A stretch of 64,000 nucleotides of DNA from Alphaproteobacteria bacterium (GCA_965205265.1 CBDBGH010000003.1:608001-672000), one strand, 5' to 3'; counted from the first letter of the stretch, positions 28,599-38,348 are shown. Made by a program: numbers and translations. The notes: generated by a model not told the origin, from the sequence alone.

Positions 28599-29387
28599 TC
28601 ACTCATCGTAGCTGTGCCCCGCGCGCAGGCCTTCGCGCACCCGCCCGGCCAGTTCCAGGAAGGTGGCGCTCTCGCGTATGTCGAGCGGACGCTCCGGCGG
28701 CAAGGTGCTGTCGATCACGTCGATGATGCGTCCCGGCCGCGGGCTCATCACCACGATCCTGGTGGAGAGGTAAACCGCTTCCGGGATCGAGTGGGTGACG
28801 AAGCAGACCGTCTTGCCCGTCCGCGCATGCAGCGCCAGCAATTGCTCGTTCAGGTGGTCGCGCACGATCTCGTCGAGCGCCCCGAAGGGCTCGTCCATCA
28901 GCAGCAGGTCCGCATCGAAGGCGAGCGCGCGCGCAATCGAGGCCCGTTGCTGCATGCCCCCCGAAAGCTGCCAGGGGAACATGCGCCCGAAATCGCCGAG
29001 GCCGACGAGGTCGAGGACGCGGCTCACCCGCTCCGCCCGTTCCTGCGCGGGGTAGCCCATGACCTCGAGCGGCAGGCGCACATTCTTTTCGATCGTGCGC
29101 CAGGGATAGAGCCCCGCCGCCTGGAACACATAGCCATAGGCCCGGTTCAGCCGCGCCTCCCTCGGCGTCATCCCGTTGACGGCGATGGCGCCGCCCGTCG
29201 GCTGCTCAAGGTCGGCGATCACGCGCAGCAATGTCGTCTTCCCGCAGCCCGACGGCCCGATGAAGCTGACGAACTCGCCGGGCGCCACCTCCAGATCGAC
29301 GTCGGACAGCGCGTGGACGGGCCCGTCATTGGTCTGGAAGACCAGGTCGAGCGCAGACGCGGCTATCGCTGCTTCCGTACGATTCAT
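28599..29387 (-). CDS. ABC transporter ATP-binding protein
   Basis: 'GPSGCGKTT', 'LSGGMQQR', 'LLMDEPFGALD'. Confidence 0.95.
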   Translation of the reverse strand: MNRTEAAIAASALDLVFQTNDGPVHALSDVDLEVAPGEFVSFIGPSGCGKTTLLRVIADLEQPTGGAIAVNGMTPREARLNRAYGYVFQAAGLYPWRTIEKNVRLPLEVMGYPAQERAERVSRVLDLVGLGDFGRMFPWQLSGGMQQRASIARALAFDADLLLMDEPFGALDEIVRDHLNEQLLALHARTGKTVCFVTHSIPEAVYLSTRIVVMSPRPGRIIDVIDSTLPPERPLDIRESATFLELAGRVREGLRAGHSYDE

Positions 29388-29448
29388 CGCAGAGCGCCGC
29401 CCCGGCTCAGGCGAAGCGCCGGGACGCGCGGCCTCGCGCCCGGCGGGC

Positions 29449-30909
29449 TCAAACCCCGCTCGGGATGTTCAGCGGGTCGCGCTGCACCTTGCGCGGCGCG
29501 GTCAGCTCCTTCCAGCGGGCGAGCGCCTCATGCACGGCGGGGAACGCCCGGCGCCGCACGAACCGCCCGCGGCCGGGGCGCGGCTGCGAGTTCTTGCCGT
29601 ATTCCCAGATCACCTCGCCGCGACTCAGCGTGTAGCGCGCCTGGGCCGACACCTCTATGCCCTCGAAGACGTTGTAGTCGATGATCGATTTCTGGGTGGT
29701 GGCGGAGATCGTCTTGCTGATCTTCGGGTCCCAGACCACGACATCGGCGTCCGCCCCTTCCACCAGCGCGCCCTTCTTCGGATAGACGTTGAGGATCTTG
29801 GCGATATTGGTGGAGGTGACGGCCACGAACTCGTTGGGCGTGAGGCGTCCGGTGTCGACGCCCTTGGTCCAGAGCACCGGCATCCGGTCCTCGAGCCCCC
29901 CGGTGCCGTTGGGGATCATCGGGAAGCCGGCCAGCCCCATGCGCTTCTGGCCCGTGGTGAAGGCGGCGTGGTCGGTCGCCACCACCTGCAGGGAGCCGGC
30001 CGCCAGCCCGTTCCAGAGCCCGTCCTGGTGGTCCTTGCCGCGGAAGGGCGGCGACATGACCCGCTGCGCGGCATAGTCCCAGTCCCGGTCGAAATATTCC
30101 GACTCGTCGAGTGTGAGATGCTGGATCAGCGGCTCGCCATAGACCCGCATGCCCTTCTGGCGCGCGCGCCGGATCGCCTCATGCGCCTGCTCGCAGGACA
30201 CATGCACGATGTAAAGCGGCACGCCCGCCGCATCGGCGATCATGATGGCGCGGTTCGCGGCCTCGCCCTCGACTTCCGGCGGGCGCGAATGGGCGTGCCC
30301 CTCGGGCCCGGTCATGCCCTGCTCCATGTATTTTTCCTGGAGCGCCGCCACGATGTCGCCGTTCTCGGCGTGGACGAGCGGCATGGCGCCGAGCGCCGCG
30401 CAGCGCCGGAAGGACGCGAACATCTCGTCGTCCTCGATCATCAGCGCGCCCTTGTAGGCCATGAAGTGCTTGAAGGTGTTGATGCCCCGCCTGACGACCT
30501 CTGCCATCTCGTCGTGGATCCGCTCGTTCCAGTCCACGATCGCGCAGTGATAGCCGATATCGACGCAGATCTGGTCCTTCGACTTGGCATCCCAGGAATC
30601 GACGGCGCTCAACAGCGAGCCGTCCTCGCCGGGCAGCACGAAATCGACCAGCATGGTGGTCCCGCCGGTCGCCGCCGCCCAGGTGCCGGACTCGAAGGTC
30701 TCGGCGGCGGTCGTGCCCATGAAGGGCATTTCCAGATGCGTGTGCGGGTCGATCCCGCCCGGGATGACATAGGCCTCCGAGGCATCGACGACCTCGTCGC
30801 CGCTCAGGTTCTCGCCGATGGCGGCGATCTTCTCGCCTTCGATCAGGACATCGGCCTTCCAGGTCCGGTCCGCGGTGAGAACCGTGCCGCCCTTGATGAC
30901 TTTGCTCAT
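29449..30909 (-). CDS. hydA: Dihydropyrimidinase / D-hydantoinase
   Basis: 'PGGIDPHTH', 'FKHFMAYK', 'VHAENG', 'VMSPP', 'ATDH'. Confidence 0.95.
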   Translation of the reverse strand: MSKVIKGGTVLTADRTWKADVLIEGEKIAAIGENLSGDEVVDASEAYVIPGGIDPHTHLEMPFMGTTAAETFESGTWAAATGGTTMLVDFVLPGEDGSLLSAVDSWDAKSKDQICVDIGYHCAIVDWNERIHDEMAEVVRRGINTFKHFMAYKGALMIEDDEMFASFRRCAALGAMPLVHAENGDIVAALQEKYMEQGMTGPEGHAHSRPPEVEGEAANRAIMIADAAGVPLYIVHVSCEQAHEAIRRARQKGMRVYGEPLIQHLTLDESEYFDRDWDYAAQRVMSPPFRGKDHQDGLWNGLAAGSLQVVATDHAAFTTGQKRMGLAGFPMIPNGTGGLEDRMPVLWTKGVDTGRLTPNEFVAVTSTNIAKILNVYPKKGALVEGADADVVVWDPKISKTISATTQKSIIDYNVFEGIEVSAQARYTLSRGEVIWEYGKNSQPRPGRGRFVRRRAFPAVHEALARWKELTAPRKVQRDPLNIPSGV

Positions 30910-30973
30910 TCGAGGCCTCCGCTGCATCTCTTTGCCTGCGCGGGCCGATCCGGCCTGCCCGCAGCCGTCCGCC

Positions 30974-32224
30974 CTACTCCAGGAGCTCCGCGGTCTCGAC
31001 CACCGCATGGAAGAGCACGTCGCAGCCCCGGGCGGCCCATTCCGGCGAAATCTCCTCGGCCTCGTTGTGGCTCAGCCCGTCCACGCAGGGGCACATCACC
31101 ATCGCCGCCGGCGCGATCTTGTTGATCCAGCAGGCGTCGTGGCCGGCGCCCGAGACGATATCCATGTGGGAATAGCCGAGCCGCTCCGCTGCATCGCGCA
31201 CCGCCGTGACGCAGCCGTGATGGAACTCGGGCGGGTCGAAGCTGCCGACGATCTCCGTTTCGATTTCGCAGCCCAGCGCCTCGCAGATCGCGGGCGCCTT
31301 CTCCATGACCTCGGCCACCATGCCCTCCAGCGTTTCCAGCACATGGCTGCGGAAATCGATGGTGCACACGACCCGGCCCGGGATGATGTTGCGCGAGTTC
31401 GGATAGACATCGACATGGCCGATGGCGCCGACCGCGTTGGGCTGGTGCTTCATCGCGACCTCGTGGACCAGCTCGGTGATCTGCGCCAGCCCGCGCCCGG
31501 CATTGCGGCGCATGGCCATGGGCGTCGAGCCGGTATGGCTTTCCTTGCCGGTTATCCGGCACTCGATCCAGCGCAGTCCCTGGCCGTGGGTGACGACGCC
31601 GATATCGCACTCCTCGGCCTCCAGGATCGGCCCCTGCTCGATGTGCAACTCGAAATAGGCGTGCATCCTGCGCGCGCCGGTCTCTTCCTCGCCGCGCCAG
31701 CCGATGCGCTCGAGTTCGTCCCCGAAGCGCTTGCCGTCCGCGTCCGTCAGGCCGTAGGCCCAGTCCTGGGTGTGGACGCCGGCGAAGACGCCCGACGCCA
31801 GCATGGGCGGCGCGTAGCGCGTGCCTTCCTCATTGGTCCAGTTGATGACCGCGATCGGGCGCCTGGTGCTGATTCCCAGATCGTTGAGGGTCCGCACGAT
31901 CTCGAGCCCGCCGAGCACGCCGAGCACGCCGTCATACTTGCCGCCGGTCGGCTGCGTATCGAGATGGCTGCCGACGAAGACCGGCAGCGCGTCGGGGTCG
32001 GTTCCGGCCCGCGTCGCGAACATGTTGCCCATCTGGTCGAGGCCCATCTCGCAGCCGGCCGCCTCGCACCATTGCCGGAACAGCGCGCGGCCCGCGCCGT
32101 CCTCGTCGGTCAGCGTCTGGCGGTTGTTGCCGCCGGCCACGCCGGGGCCGATCTTCGCCATTTCCATCAGGCTGTCCCAGAGCCGCTCGCCATCGATCTT
32201 CAGGTTCTCACCGGGGGCGGGCAT
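30974..32224 (-). CDS. Zn-dependent N-carbamoyl-amino-acid hydrolase / beta-ureidopropionase (PydC-like)
   Basis: 'GSHLDTQPTGGKYDGVLGV', 'NWTNEEG', 'ELHIEQGP', 'SGAGHDA', 'SHNEAE'. Confidence 0.93.
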   Translation of the reverse strand: MPAPGENLKIDGERLWDSLMEMAKIGPGVAGGNNRQTLTDEDGAGRALFRQWCEAAGCEMGLDQMGNMFATRAGTDPDALPVFVGSHLDTQPTGGKYDGVLGVLGGLEIVRTLNDLGISTRRPIAVINWTNEEGTRYAPPMLASGVFAGVHTQDWAYGLTDADGKRFGDELERIGWRGEEETGARRMHAYFELHIEQGPILEAEECDIGVVTHGQGLRWIECRITGKESHTGSTPMAMRRNAGRGLAQITELVHEVAMKHQPNAVGAIGHVDVYPNSRNIIPGRVVCTIDFRSHVLETLEGMVAEVMEKAPAICEALGCEIETEIVGSFDPPEFHHGCVTAVRDAAERLGYSHMDIVSGAGHDACWINKIAPAAMVMCPCVDGLSHNEAEEISPEWAARGCDVLFHAVVETAELLE

Positions 32225-32283
32225 GGGCACCTCACTCTGTGGATCGCCGGGCGAACGCGACGCTATCAAGCTCCCTGGGCCGG

Positions 32284-33306
32284 TCAAGCGGAAAGTCCGG
32301 CCGCCGGCCGGAACGCCGGAATGATCGACCGGCCGTATTCGGCGATGATTTCCTCTTCGTCGCCGTTGTCCAGATAGATGTTGAACTGGGTGACGCCGGC
32401 GGCCTGCAGCTCTTCCAGCTTGGCGACATGCTCCTCCGGCGTGCCGAGCACGCTGAAGCCGTCGATCACGTCGTCGGTGATGAAGTCCAGATAGGCGTTG
32501 TCGCTCTGCCCGTGCCTGGAATAGTCGTAGCCCCTGCGGCCCTCGATATAGGCGGTCAGCGAGGGGGGAATGTCCTCGCGGTCGGTGCCGTATCTCTCGA
32601 CGATGTCCGCCACATGGTTGCCGACCATGGCCGGGAACCAGCGGGTGGCCTCCCGGCATGTCGCCCTGTCGCCGAAAAAGGCGGGCGCGGCGGACATGAC
32701 GCGGTAGTTCGACATGTCCCGCCCGGCTTCCCTGCCTGCGGCAATCGCCTGGTCGGCCAGCCACTTGCAGATCGACGGCTCGGCGATCTGGAGGACGAGG
32801 CCGTCGCCTACGCGGCCTGCCGAGTTCAGCGCCCGGGGGCCGTAGGCGGCAACCCAGACCGGCAGTTCGTAGCCCGTCGCCCAGGGGAATTGCATCGGGT
32901 TCGGCACATTGCCGTACTGGACTTCCTCGCCGCGCACGAGCGCGCGCACGACATGGATGAACTCCTCCATCCGGGCGAGCGAGGACGGCCTGTTGCCCAT
33001 CACGCGCACGGCGCTGTCGCCGCGGCCGACGCCGATGTCGAAGCGGTTGTTCGATTGGAGCGCCAGCGAGCCGAAGAGCGAGGCCGCCGCGGACCAGTCC
33101 CGCGTATTGGGGTTGGTGACGCAAGGGCCGAAGCGGAGCGTCTCGGTGTGCTCCATGCACATGGCCATCGCCGGGTAGCTCTCGCGCCAGAGGATGTGGC
33201 TGTCGTAGAACCAGCAATAGGAGAACCCCGCATCCTCGGCCTGTTTCACCAATGCGCGCGCCCGGTCGGGCTGCACGAACCCCTTGAAGGTAATGCCGAA
33301 TTCCAT
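32284..33306 (-). CDS. LLM-class, probably F420-dependent, oxidoreductase (Mer-like, TIGR03842-like)
   Basis: 'WFYDSHILWRE', 'GPCVTNP', 'GVGRGDSAVR', 'VWVAAYGP'. Confidence 0.85.
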   Translation of the reverse strand: MEFGITFKGFVQPDRARALVKQAEDAGFSYCWFYDSHILWRESYPAMAMCMEHTETLRFGPCVTNPNTRDWSAAASLFGSLALQSNNRFDIGVGRGDSAVRVMGNRPSSLARMEEFIHVVRALVRGEEVQYGNVPNPMQFPWATGYELPVWVAAYGPRALNSAGRVGDGLVLQIAEPSICKWLADQAIAAGREAGRDMSNYRVMSAAPAFFGDRATCREATRWFPAMVGNHVADIVERYGTDREDIPPSLTAYIEGRRGYDYSRHGQSDNAYLDFITDDVIDGFSVLGTPEEHVAKLEELQAAGVTQFNIYLDNGDEEEIIAEYGRSIIPAFRPAAGLSA

Positions 33307-33443
33307 GTCCGCCTCCCGGGTGGCTCGGTATCCCGGCGCCTCGGACCGGCTGCCGCCGGCCGGCTCGGCCGGAATGGTAGTGTATAGGCCGTTTGTCCGC
33401 CAAGCCGGCCTCCGGGCCGTCTGCCGCGCATGGGAGGCCGTCG

Positions 33444-34727
33444 ATGGAGAAAGCCCTCAGCACCGACCCCTTCTGGTGGGAAGCCGCGCCGCGTCCCGAT
33501 CCCGAACCGGAGGCGCCGCCGGGGCGCGCCGATGCGGTGGTCGTGGGCGCGGGCTTCACGGGGCTCAGCGCCGCGCTCACGCTGGCGCGGGCGGGGCGCC
33601 AGGTCGTGGTGCTGGAGAAGGACCGGCCGGGGGAGGGCGCCTCCAGCCGCAATGGCGGCATCGCCAGCGGCAATCTCCGCCGCAGCTTCGGGGCCATGAT
33701 CCGCGCCTGGGGGCTGGAGCGGGCGAAGGCCGTGGAGGCCGAAGGGCAGGCCGCGCGCGCCGACCTCGCGCGCTTCATCGGGGACGAGGGCATCGACTGC
33801 GACTGGAAGCAGGCCGGGCGCTTCACCGGCGCGATGCGCCCGAAGCATTACGAGGCGATGGCCGCCGAATGCGAGCTGCTGAACCGCCATCTGGACTACG
33901 GCGCCTGGATGGTGCCGAAGGCGGAGCAGCACGGGGAGATCGGCTCGGACCTCTATCACGGCGGCATGGTGCGCGAGGACATCGGCGGGCTGCATCCCGG
34001 CAAGTTCCACCAGGGGATGCTCGACCGCGCGCTGGAAGCCGGTGTCTCGGTCCATGCACGCACGACCGTCGAGGCCGTGGAGGACGACAGCAGCCTGAAG
34101 CGCGTCCGCACCGACCGGGGCAGCATCGCCGCCCCGCATGTCATCGTGGCGACCAACGGCTATACCGGCCGCGCGACGCCGTGGCTCCGCCGGCGGATCG
34201 TGCCGATCCCGAGCCAGATCGTCGCCACCGACCCGATCCCGAAGGAGGTGCTCGACCGGCTGATGCCGAAGCGCCGGATGCTGGGCGAGACGCGCAACCT
34301 CTACCACTATTTCCGCCCCGCGCCGGACGACAGCCGCATCGTCTTCGGCGGCAGGGCGGGCGCGCTCACCGACGACGAATCGCGCAAGGCCGAGCGGCTC
34401 GGCGCCGGGCTCGCGCAGATCTTCCCGGAACTCGCCGGCATCGGCATGACCCATTGCTGGTTCGGCTATACCGGCTTCACCTTCGACTTCATGCCGAAGC
34501 TGGTGGTGCGCAACGGCGTGCACTACGCCGCCGGCTTCTGCGGCTCGGGCGTGGTCTGGGCGCGGTGGCTCGGCATGAAGGCGGCGCAAAGCATCGCCGG
34601 CAACCGCCCGCCCGAGACGGCCTTCGCCGCCGGCGACTTCGCCACCCGCCCGCTCTATTACGGCCGCCCCTGGTTCCTGCCCCTCATGGTCGGCTGGTAC
34701 GAGTTGAAGGACCGAGCGGGGCTGTAG
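33444..34727 (+). CDS. FAD-dependent oxidoreductase (DAO/PuuB-like)
   Basis: 'VVGAGFTGLSAA', 'GASSRNGG', 'VATNGY'. Confidence 0.9.
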   Translation: MEKALSTDPFWWEAAPRPDPEPEAPPGRADAVVVGAGFTGLSAALTLARAGRQVVVLEKDRPGEGASSRNGGIASGNLRRSFGAMIRAWGLERAKAVEAEGQAARADLARFIGDEGIDCDWKQAGRFTGAMRPKHYEAMAAECELLNRHLDYGAWMVPKAEQHGEIGSDLYHGGMVREDIGGLHPGKFHQGMLDRALEAGVSVHARTTVEAVEDDSSLKRVRTDRGSIAAPHVIVATNGYTGRATPWLRRRIVPIPSQIVATDPIPKEVLDRLMPKRRMLGETRNLYHYFRPAPDDSRIVFGGRAGALTDDESRKAERLGAGLAQIFPELAGIGMTHCWFGYTGFTFDFMPKLVVRNGVHYAAGFCGSGVVWARWLGMKAAQSIAGNRPPETAFAAGDFATRPLYYGRPWFLPLMVGWYELKDRAGL

Positions 34728-34748
34728 CGGCCCGGCGGCCGCCCGGGC

Positions 34749-35372
34749 TCAGACCTCCTGCGCCTTGAGGCCGCGCTGGACGGCGGGGCGGGCGGTCACG
34801 ATGTCGAACCAGCGCTTCACATTGGGAAAGCGGTCGAAGTCGAGGTCGATCCACTCATGGCGGCAGGCCCAGGGATAGACGGCGATATCGGCGATGGAAT
34901 AGTCGTCGCAGAGGAAGTCCCGCCCCTCCAGCCGCCGGTCCATGACGCCGTAGAGCCGGTAGGTCTCCTGGGTATAGCGCTCGATGCCGTAGGGTACCTC
35001 CACCTTGGCGGCGCGGCGGAAATGGTGCGCCTGGCCCTGCATCGGCCCGACGCCGCCCATCTGCCACATCAGCCATTGCAGCACTTCGAGGCGCCGGCGC
35101 GGCTCCGTTGGCCAGAGGGGGCTCCCGGTCTTCTCGGCGAGGTAGATCAGGATGGCGCCGCTCTCGAACAGCGAGATCGGCCCGCCGCCCGGCCCGTCGG
35201 GATCGACGATGGCCGGGATGCGGTTGTTCGGGCTGATCTTCAGGAAGTCCGGATGGAACTGCTCGTCCTTGCCGATATCGACCGGGTGCCATTGGTACTC
35301 CAGCCCCAGCTCCTCCAGCATGATCGAGATCTTGCGCCCGTTGGACGTGTTCCAGCTATGGAGATGAATCAT
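34749..35372 (-). CDS. Glutathione S-transferase (YfcG-like)
   Basis: 'TSNGRKISIMLEE', 'SPNNRIPAI', 'FESGAIL', 'QMGGVGPMQGQ'. Confidence 0.92.
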   Translation of the reverse strand: MIHLHSWNTSNGRKISIMLEELGLEYQWHPVDIGKDEQFHPDFLKISPNNRIPAIVDPDGPGGGPISLFESGAILIYLAEKTGSPLWPTEPRRRLEVLQWLMWQMGGVGPMQGQAHHFRRAAKVEVPYGIERYTQETYRLYGVMDRRLEGRDFLCDDYSIADIAVYPWACRHEWIDLDFDRFPNVKRWFDIVTARPAVQRGLKAQEV

Positions 35373-35393
35373 TCGGGCCGTTTTCCTCCGGCG

Positions 35394-35801
35394 TTACGTA
35401 CGTTGTCGGCGCGGCCGTCGCGGAGCGCCCGCCCGGACGCCCTTGAGCCGCACGGCGGGCAGACGTTTCAGCCTTTGGTTGAGCGGATCGACTTCGATCC
35501 CGACCGACTCCAGCGCCGTTACGCCCAAAAGGGGTTCTGCGTCGGCATCGCCATACAGAACGGTGCCGCCTACGGTCTCTCCCATGAATTCGATCTCCGC
35601 AACGGTTACGTCCATGGTGATCTCGCTGCCATCCGCGAGTTCGTAAACACGCTTACCTCTCGGCTTCAGCCCGATGGCGTCCAAATGCGGTCGCGGCACG
35701 AGCGAATCCGTCGCGCCGGTGTCCACCAGGAACAAAGCTTCCCAGAAGCGATCCGGGTCCGCCGGATTGCGGATGGCTACGGTCACATGCGTCGCACCCA
35801 T
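35394..35801 (-). CDS. Small clan AA (retropepsin-like) aspartic protease
   Basis: 'FLVDTGA' catalytic motif, 'LADG' flap, 'LLGVTALE'; GGAGG RBS. Confidence 0.85.
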   Translation of the reverse strand: MGATHVTVAIRNPADPDRFWEALFLVDTGATDSLVPRPHLDAIGLKPRGKRVYELADGSEITMDVTVAEIEFMGETVGGTVLYGDADAEPLLGVTALESVGIEVDPLNQRLKRLPAVRLKGVRAGAPRRPRRQRT

Positions 35802-35842
35802 GAGCCTCCGGCCTCCCTTGCCTGCGATTCCGTTCGCGAACC

Positions 35843-36949
35843 TTACCCGCCCGCCGTGCCGTTGGCGAGCAGCGCGTCGATGCGACCGGTCGCGAGTCCC
35901 GTCGCGCGGACCGAGGCGACAATCGCATCCCAGGCGTCGTCCGTGAGCGGCAGGCCGCCCGCGCGGCGCTCGGCAGCGGTCATGCGCTCCGGGTCGCCGG
36001 GCACGAGCACCGGCCTGTCCGGGTCGGCCGGCCGGGCGGAAAGCAGCCAGTCGATATAGTCCTCCACGGCGCGCGCAAACGCCTCGCCCGGGCCGAAGGC
36101 GTCCGGGACCGCGTAAAGCGAGAACATGCCGTTGGCGAAGGGCTTGTCCGTCGGTCCGCAGACGCCGTTGCCGGTGAGCGCGCCGCCCAGCAGCTCGCAC
36201 ATCAGCGCCAGGCCCGAGCCCTTGTGCTCGCCCATCGCGCGGATGGCGCCCTTGCCGTCGCGGAACTGCGGCGGCGCGTCGGGGCCGGCGGAGCCGTAGA
36301 GCGCGGCGGGGTCGTTCGTGCGCCGGCCCTCGCCGTCGATCAGCGCGTCGTCCGGCACCGGCTTGCCGCCCTTGGCCGCGACCAGCACCTTGCCTTCCGC
36401 GACCACGGAGGTCGCGAAATCGAGCACCAGCGGCTCGCGGCCCTCACGCGGCACGGCGACGCAGAAGGGCGCGGTCGAGAAACGCCGTTCGCGCGCGCCG
36501 TAGGGGGCCACCAGGATGCTGCCGCGCGCATTGACGAAATGGACCGAGACCAGCCCTTCCTCCGCCGCCATCGCGGCCCATTCGCCGATGCGCCCGAGAT
36601 GGCCGGTATTGCGCAGCGCGACCACGCCGACGCCGCCGGCGCGCGCCTTGCCGATGCCGCAGCGCACGGCCTGTGGGCCGATGGTCTGGCCGAAGCCGAG
36701 ACGTCCGTCCAGCACGGCCATCGCGCCCGCATCCGACACCACCTCCACTTCCCGGTCCGCCACGACGCGCCCGTCGCGCAGCATGTCCAGATAACGCGGC
36801 ACGCGCACGATGCCGTGGCTGTCATGGCCGGCAAGGTTGGCCGAGACCAGCGAGGCGGCGATGCGCGCGCCCTCGGCAACGGAGCAGCCCGCCGCAGCGA
36901 AGGCTTCGCCGATCAGGGATTCGGCGGTTTCGACCGGTATGCGGGGCAC
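35843..36949 (-). CDS. Ldh_2 family (malate/lactate/ureidoglycolate) dehydrogenase
   Basis: 'GHDSHG', 'HLGRIG', 'LDFATS', 'HKGSGL'. Confidence 0.9.
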   Translation of the reverse strand: MPRIPVETAESLIGEAFAAAGCSVAEGARIAASLVSANLAGHDSHGIVRVPRYLDMLRDGRVVADREVEVVSDAGAMAVLDGRLGFGQTIGPQAVRCGIGKARAGGVGVVALRNTGHLGRIGEWAAMAAEEGLVSVHFVNARGSILVAPYGARERRFSTAPFCVAVPREGREPLVLDFATSVVAEGKVLVAAKGGKPVPDDALIDGEGRRTNDPAALYGSAGPDAPPQFRDGKGAIRAMGEHKGSGLALMCELLGGALTGNGVCGPTDKPFANGMFSLYAVPDAFGPGEAFARAVEDYIDWLLSARPADPDRPVLVPGDPERMTAAERRAGGLPLTDDAWDAIVASVRATGLATGRIDALLANGTAGG

Positions 36950-36959
36950 CGGGTTCTCC

Positions 36960-37994
36960 TCAGAGTGTCGGGAACAGCACTCCGAAGACGATACCGGAGA
37001 GGACCGCGCCCGCAAATCCGAGTCCGACATAGGCCGCGAAGACAGGGCGCCGCACCAGCGCATAGACGGCCGTCATCGCCGGGATGCAGCTCACCGCGCC
37101 CGCCACCATGAAGGCCATGCCGGCGCCGTTGCTCATGCCCTGCTCGATGAGGCCCGCGACCAGCGCCGGGGCGGCGTAGCCGTTGAGATAGGCCGGCGCG
37201 CCCACCAGCGCGGCTATGACGATCGGCAGCAGGCCCTCGCCGCCGACCGCGCCCGCGATCGCCTCGGCCGGCAGCCAGGCCAACATCAGGCTCTCCAGCA
37301 GATAGGCGAGCGTCAGCCATTTGAGCAGGAAGAGCGCGTTCTCCTTCGTTTCGTCGGCGAACAGGCGCCGGCGGTCCGCATGGCCCCAGAAGCGCCATTC
37401 CGGCGCGCCGCCGAAGGCGGAGGGCGCGCCGCAGCAGCCGCCCGAGTCGCGGGGCCTCACCGGGTTGGCGAAGAAACCGGCGCGCACCGCCGCCTGCATG
37501 GCGAACCCGCCCAGAAGGCCGACCCCGACGGCGGCGGCCGTCTTGCCGATGGCGAACGGCCAGCCGAGCGCGCCGGCGGTAATGAGGAAGGCGGCCGGGT
37601 CGATCAGCGGCGAGGACAGCCAGAACGCCATCACCGCCGAGACCGGCGTGCCGAGCGCGAGCAGCGCGGCGATGAACGGGATCACCTCGCAGGAGCAGAA
37701 GGGCGCCAGGCCCCCGACCAGCGCCGCCAGCACGATCATCCGGCTCTCGCGTCCCACGAAGGCGCGGGCCACCAGCGCATCCGCCCCCGTCGCCTTCAGC
37801 ACCGCCACGGCCAGCACGGCGAAGGCGATGAAGGGCAGGGTGTGCGCAAGCGCGTCCAGCGTGAAGGAGACGGAGGGACGGAACTGCGCCGGATCGAGCA
37901 GCGCCACCGCAGCCAGGATGGCGAGCACGGCCAGCCACACGCGGCCGATTTTCGGCAGTTCCAGGCGTCTCAGGGTGGCGGCGAGGGTTGCCAT
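36960..37994 (-). CDS. ArsP/DUF318 family permease
   Basis: 'APFCSCEVIP', 'FWLSSPLIDP', Cys pair in the central loop; next to ArsR. Confidence 0.85.
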   Translation of the reverse strand: MATLAATLRRLELPKIGRVWLAVLAILAAVALLDPAQFRPSVSFTLDALAHTLPFIAFAVLAVAVLKATGADALVARAFVGRESRMIVLAALVGGLAPFCSCEVIPFIAALLALGTPVSAVMAFWLSSPLIDPAAFLITAGALGWPFAIGKTAAAVGVGLLGGFAMQAAVRAGFFANPVRPRDSGGCCGAPSAFGGAPEWRFWGHADRRRLFADETKENALFLLKWLTLAYLLESLMLAWLPAEAIAGAVGGEGLLPIVIAALVGAPAYLNGYAAPALVAGLIEQGMSNGAGMAFMVAGAVSCIPAMTAVYALVRRPVFAAYVGLGFAGAVLSGIVFGVLFPTL

Positions 37995-38014
37995 CGGCGC
38001 GAGCCTCTATTTCT

Positions 38015-38038
38015 ATATTTCTAACTAAATCGAAATAT
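38015..38038. promoter_or_regulatory. Putative ArsR operator palindrome upstream of the permease
   Basis: ATATTTC-N10-GAAATAT in an AT-rich patch overlapping the last codons of arsR. Confidence 0.55.
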
Positions 38039-38348
38039 GCCGATGATGGCACGAGCCGTCAAGATGGTCTGCGCAACATTCTTCCAGGAGGAACCCCAGC
38101 GTTTCGTTCATCGCCTCGGCATTGGCGCGGCAGATGAGCGTGGTGCCGCGCCGTTCCCGCTGCATCAGGCCGCAATCCGCCAGCCGGCGCAGATGATGCG
38201 AGAGCGTGGAGCGCGGCACGCCCGTGCGCTCGTGGATTTCGTTGACGGCAAGCCCCGCCTCGCCCGCCCGCACCACATGGCGGAACACGGCAAGCCGCGT
38301 CTCGTTGCCGAGCACTTCCAGCCGGACAGCAATTTCACCGAGCGTCAT
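38025..38348 (-). CDS. ArsR/SmtB family regulator with C-terminal Cys triad
   Basis: 'LGNETRLAVF', 'STLSHHL', 'EECC-x7-C'. Confidence 0.9.
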   Translation of the reverse strand: MTLGEIAVRLEVLGNETRLAVFRHVVRAGEAGLAVNEIHERTGVPRSTLSHHLRRLADCGLMQRERRGTTLICRANAEAMNETLGFLLEECCADHLDGSCHHRHISI

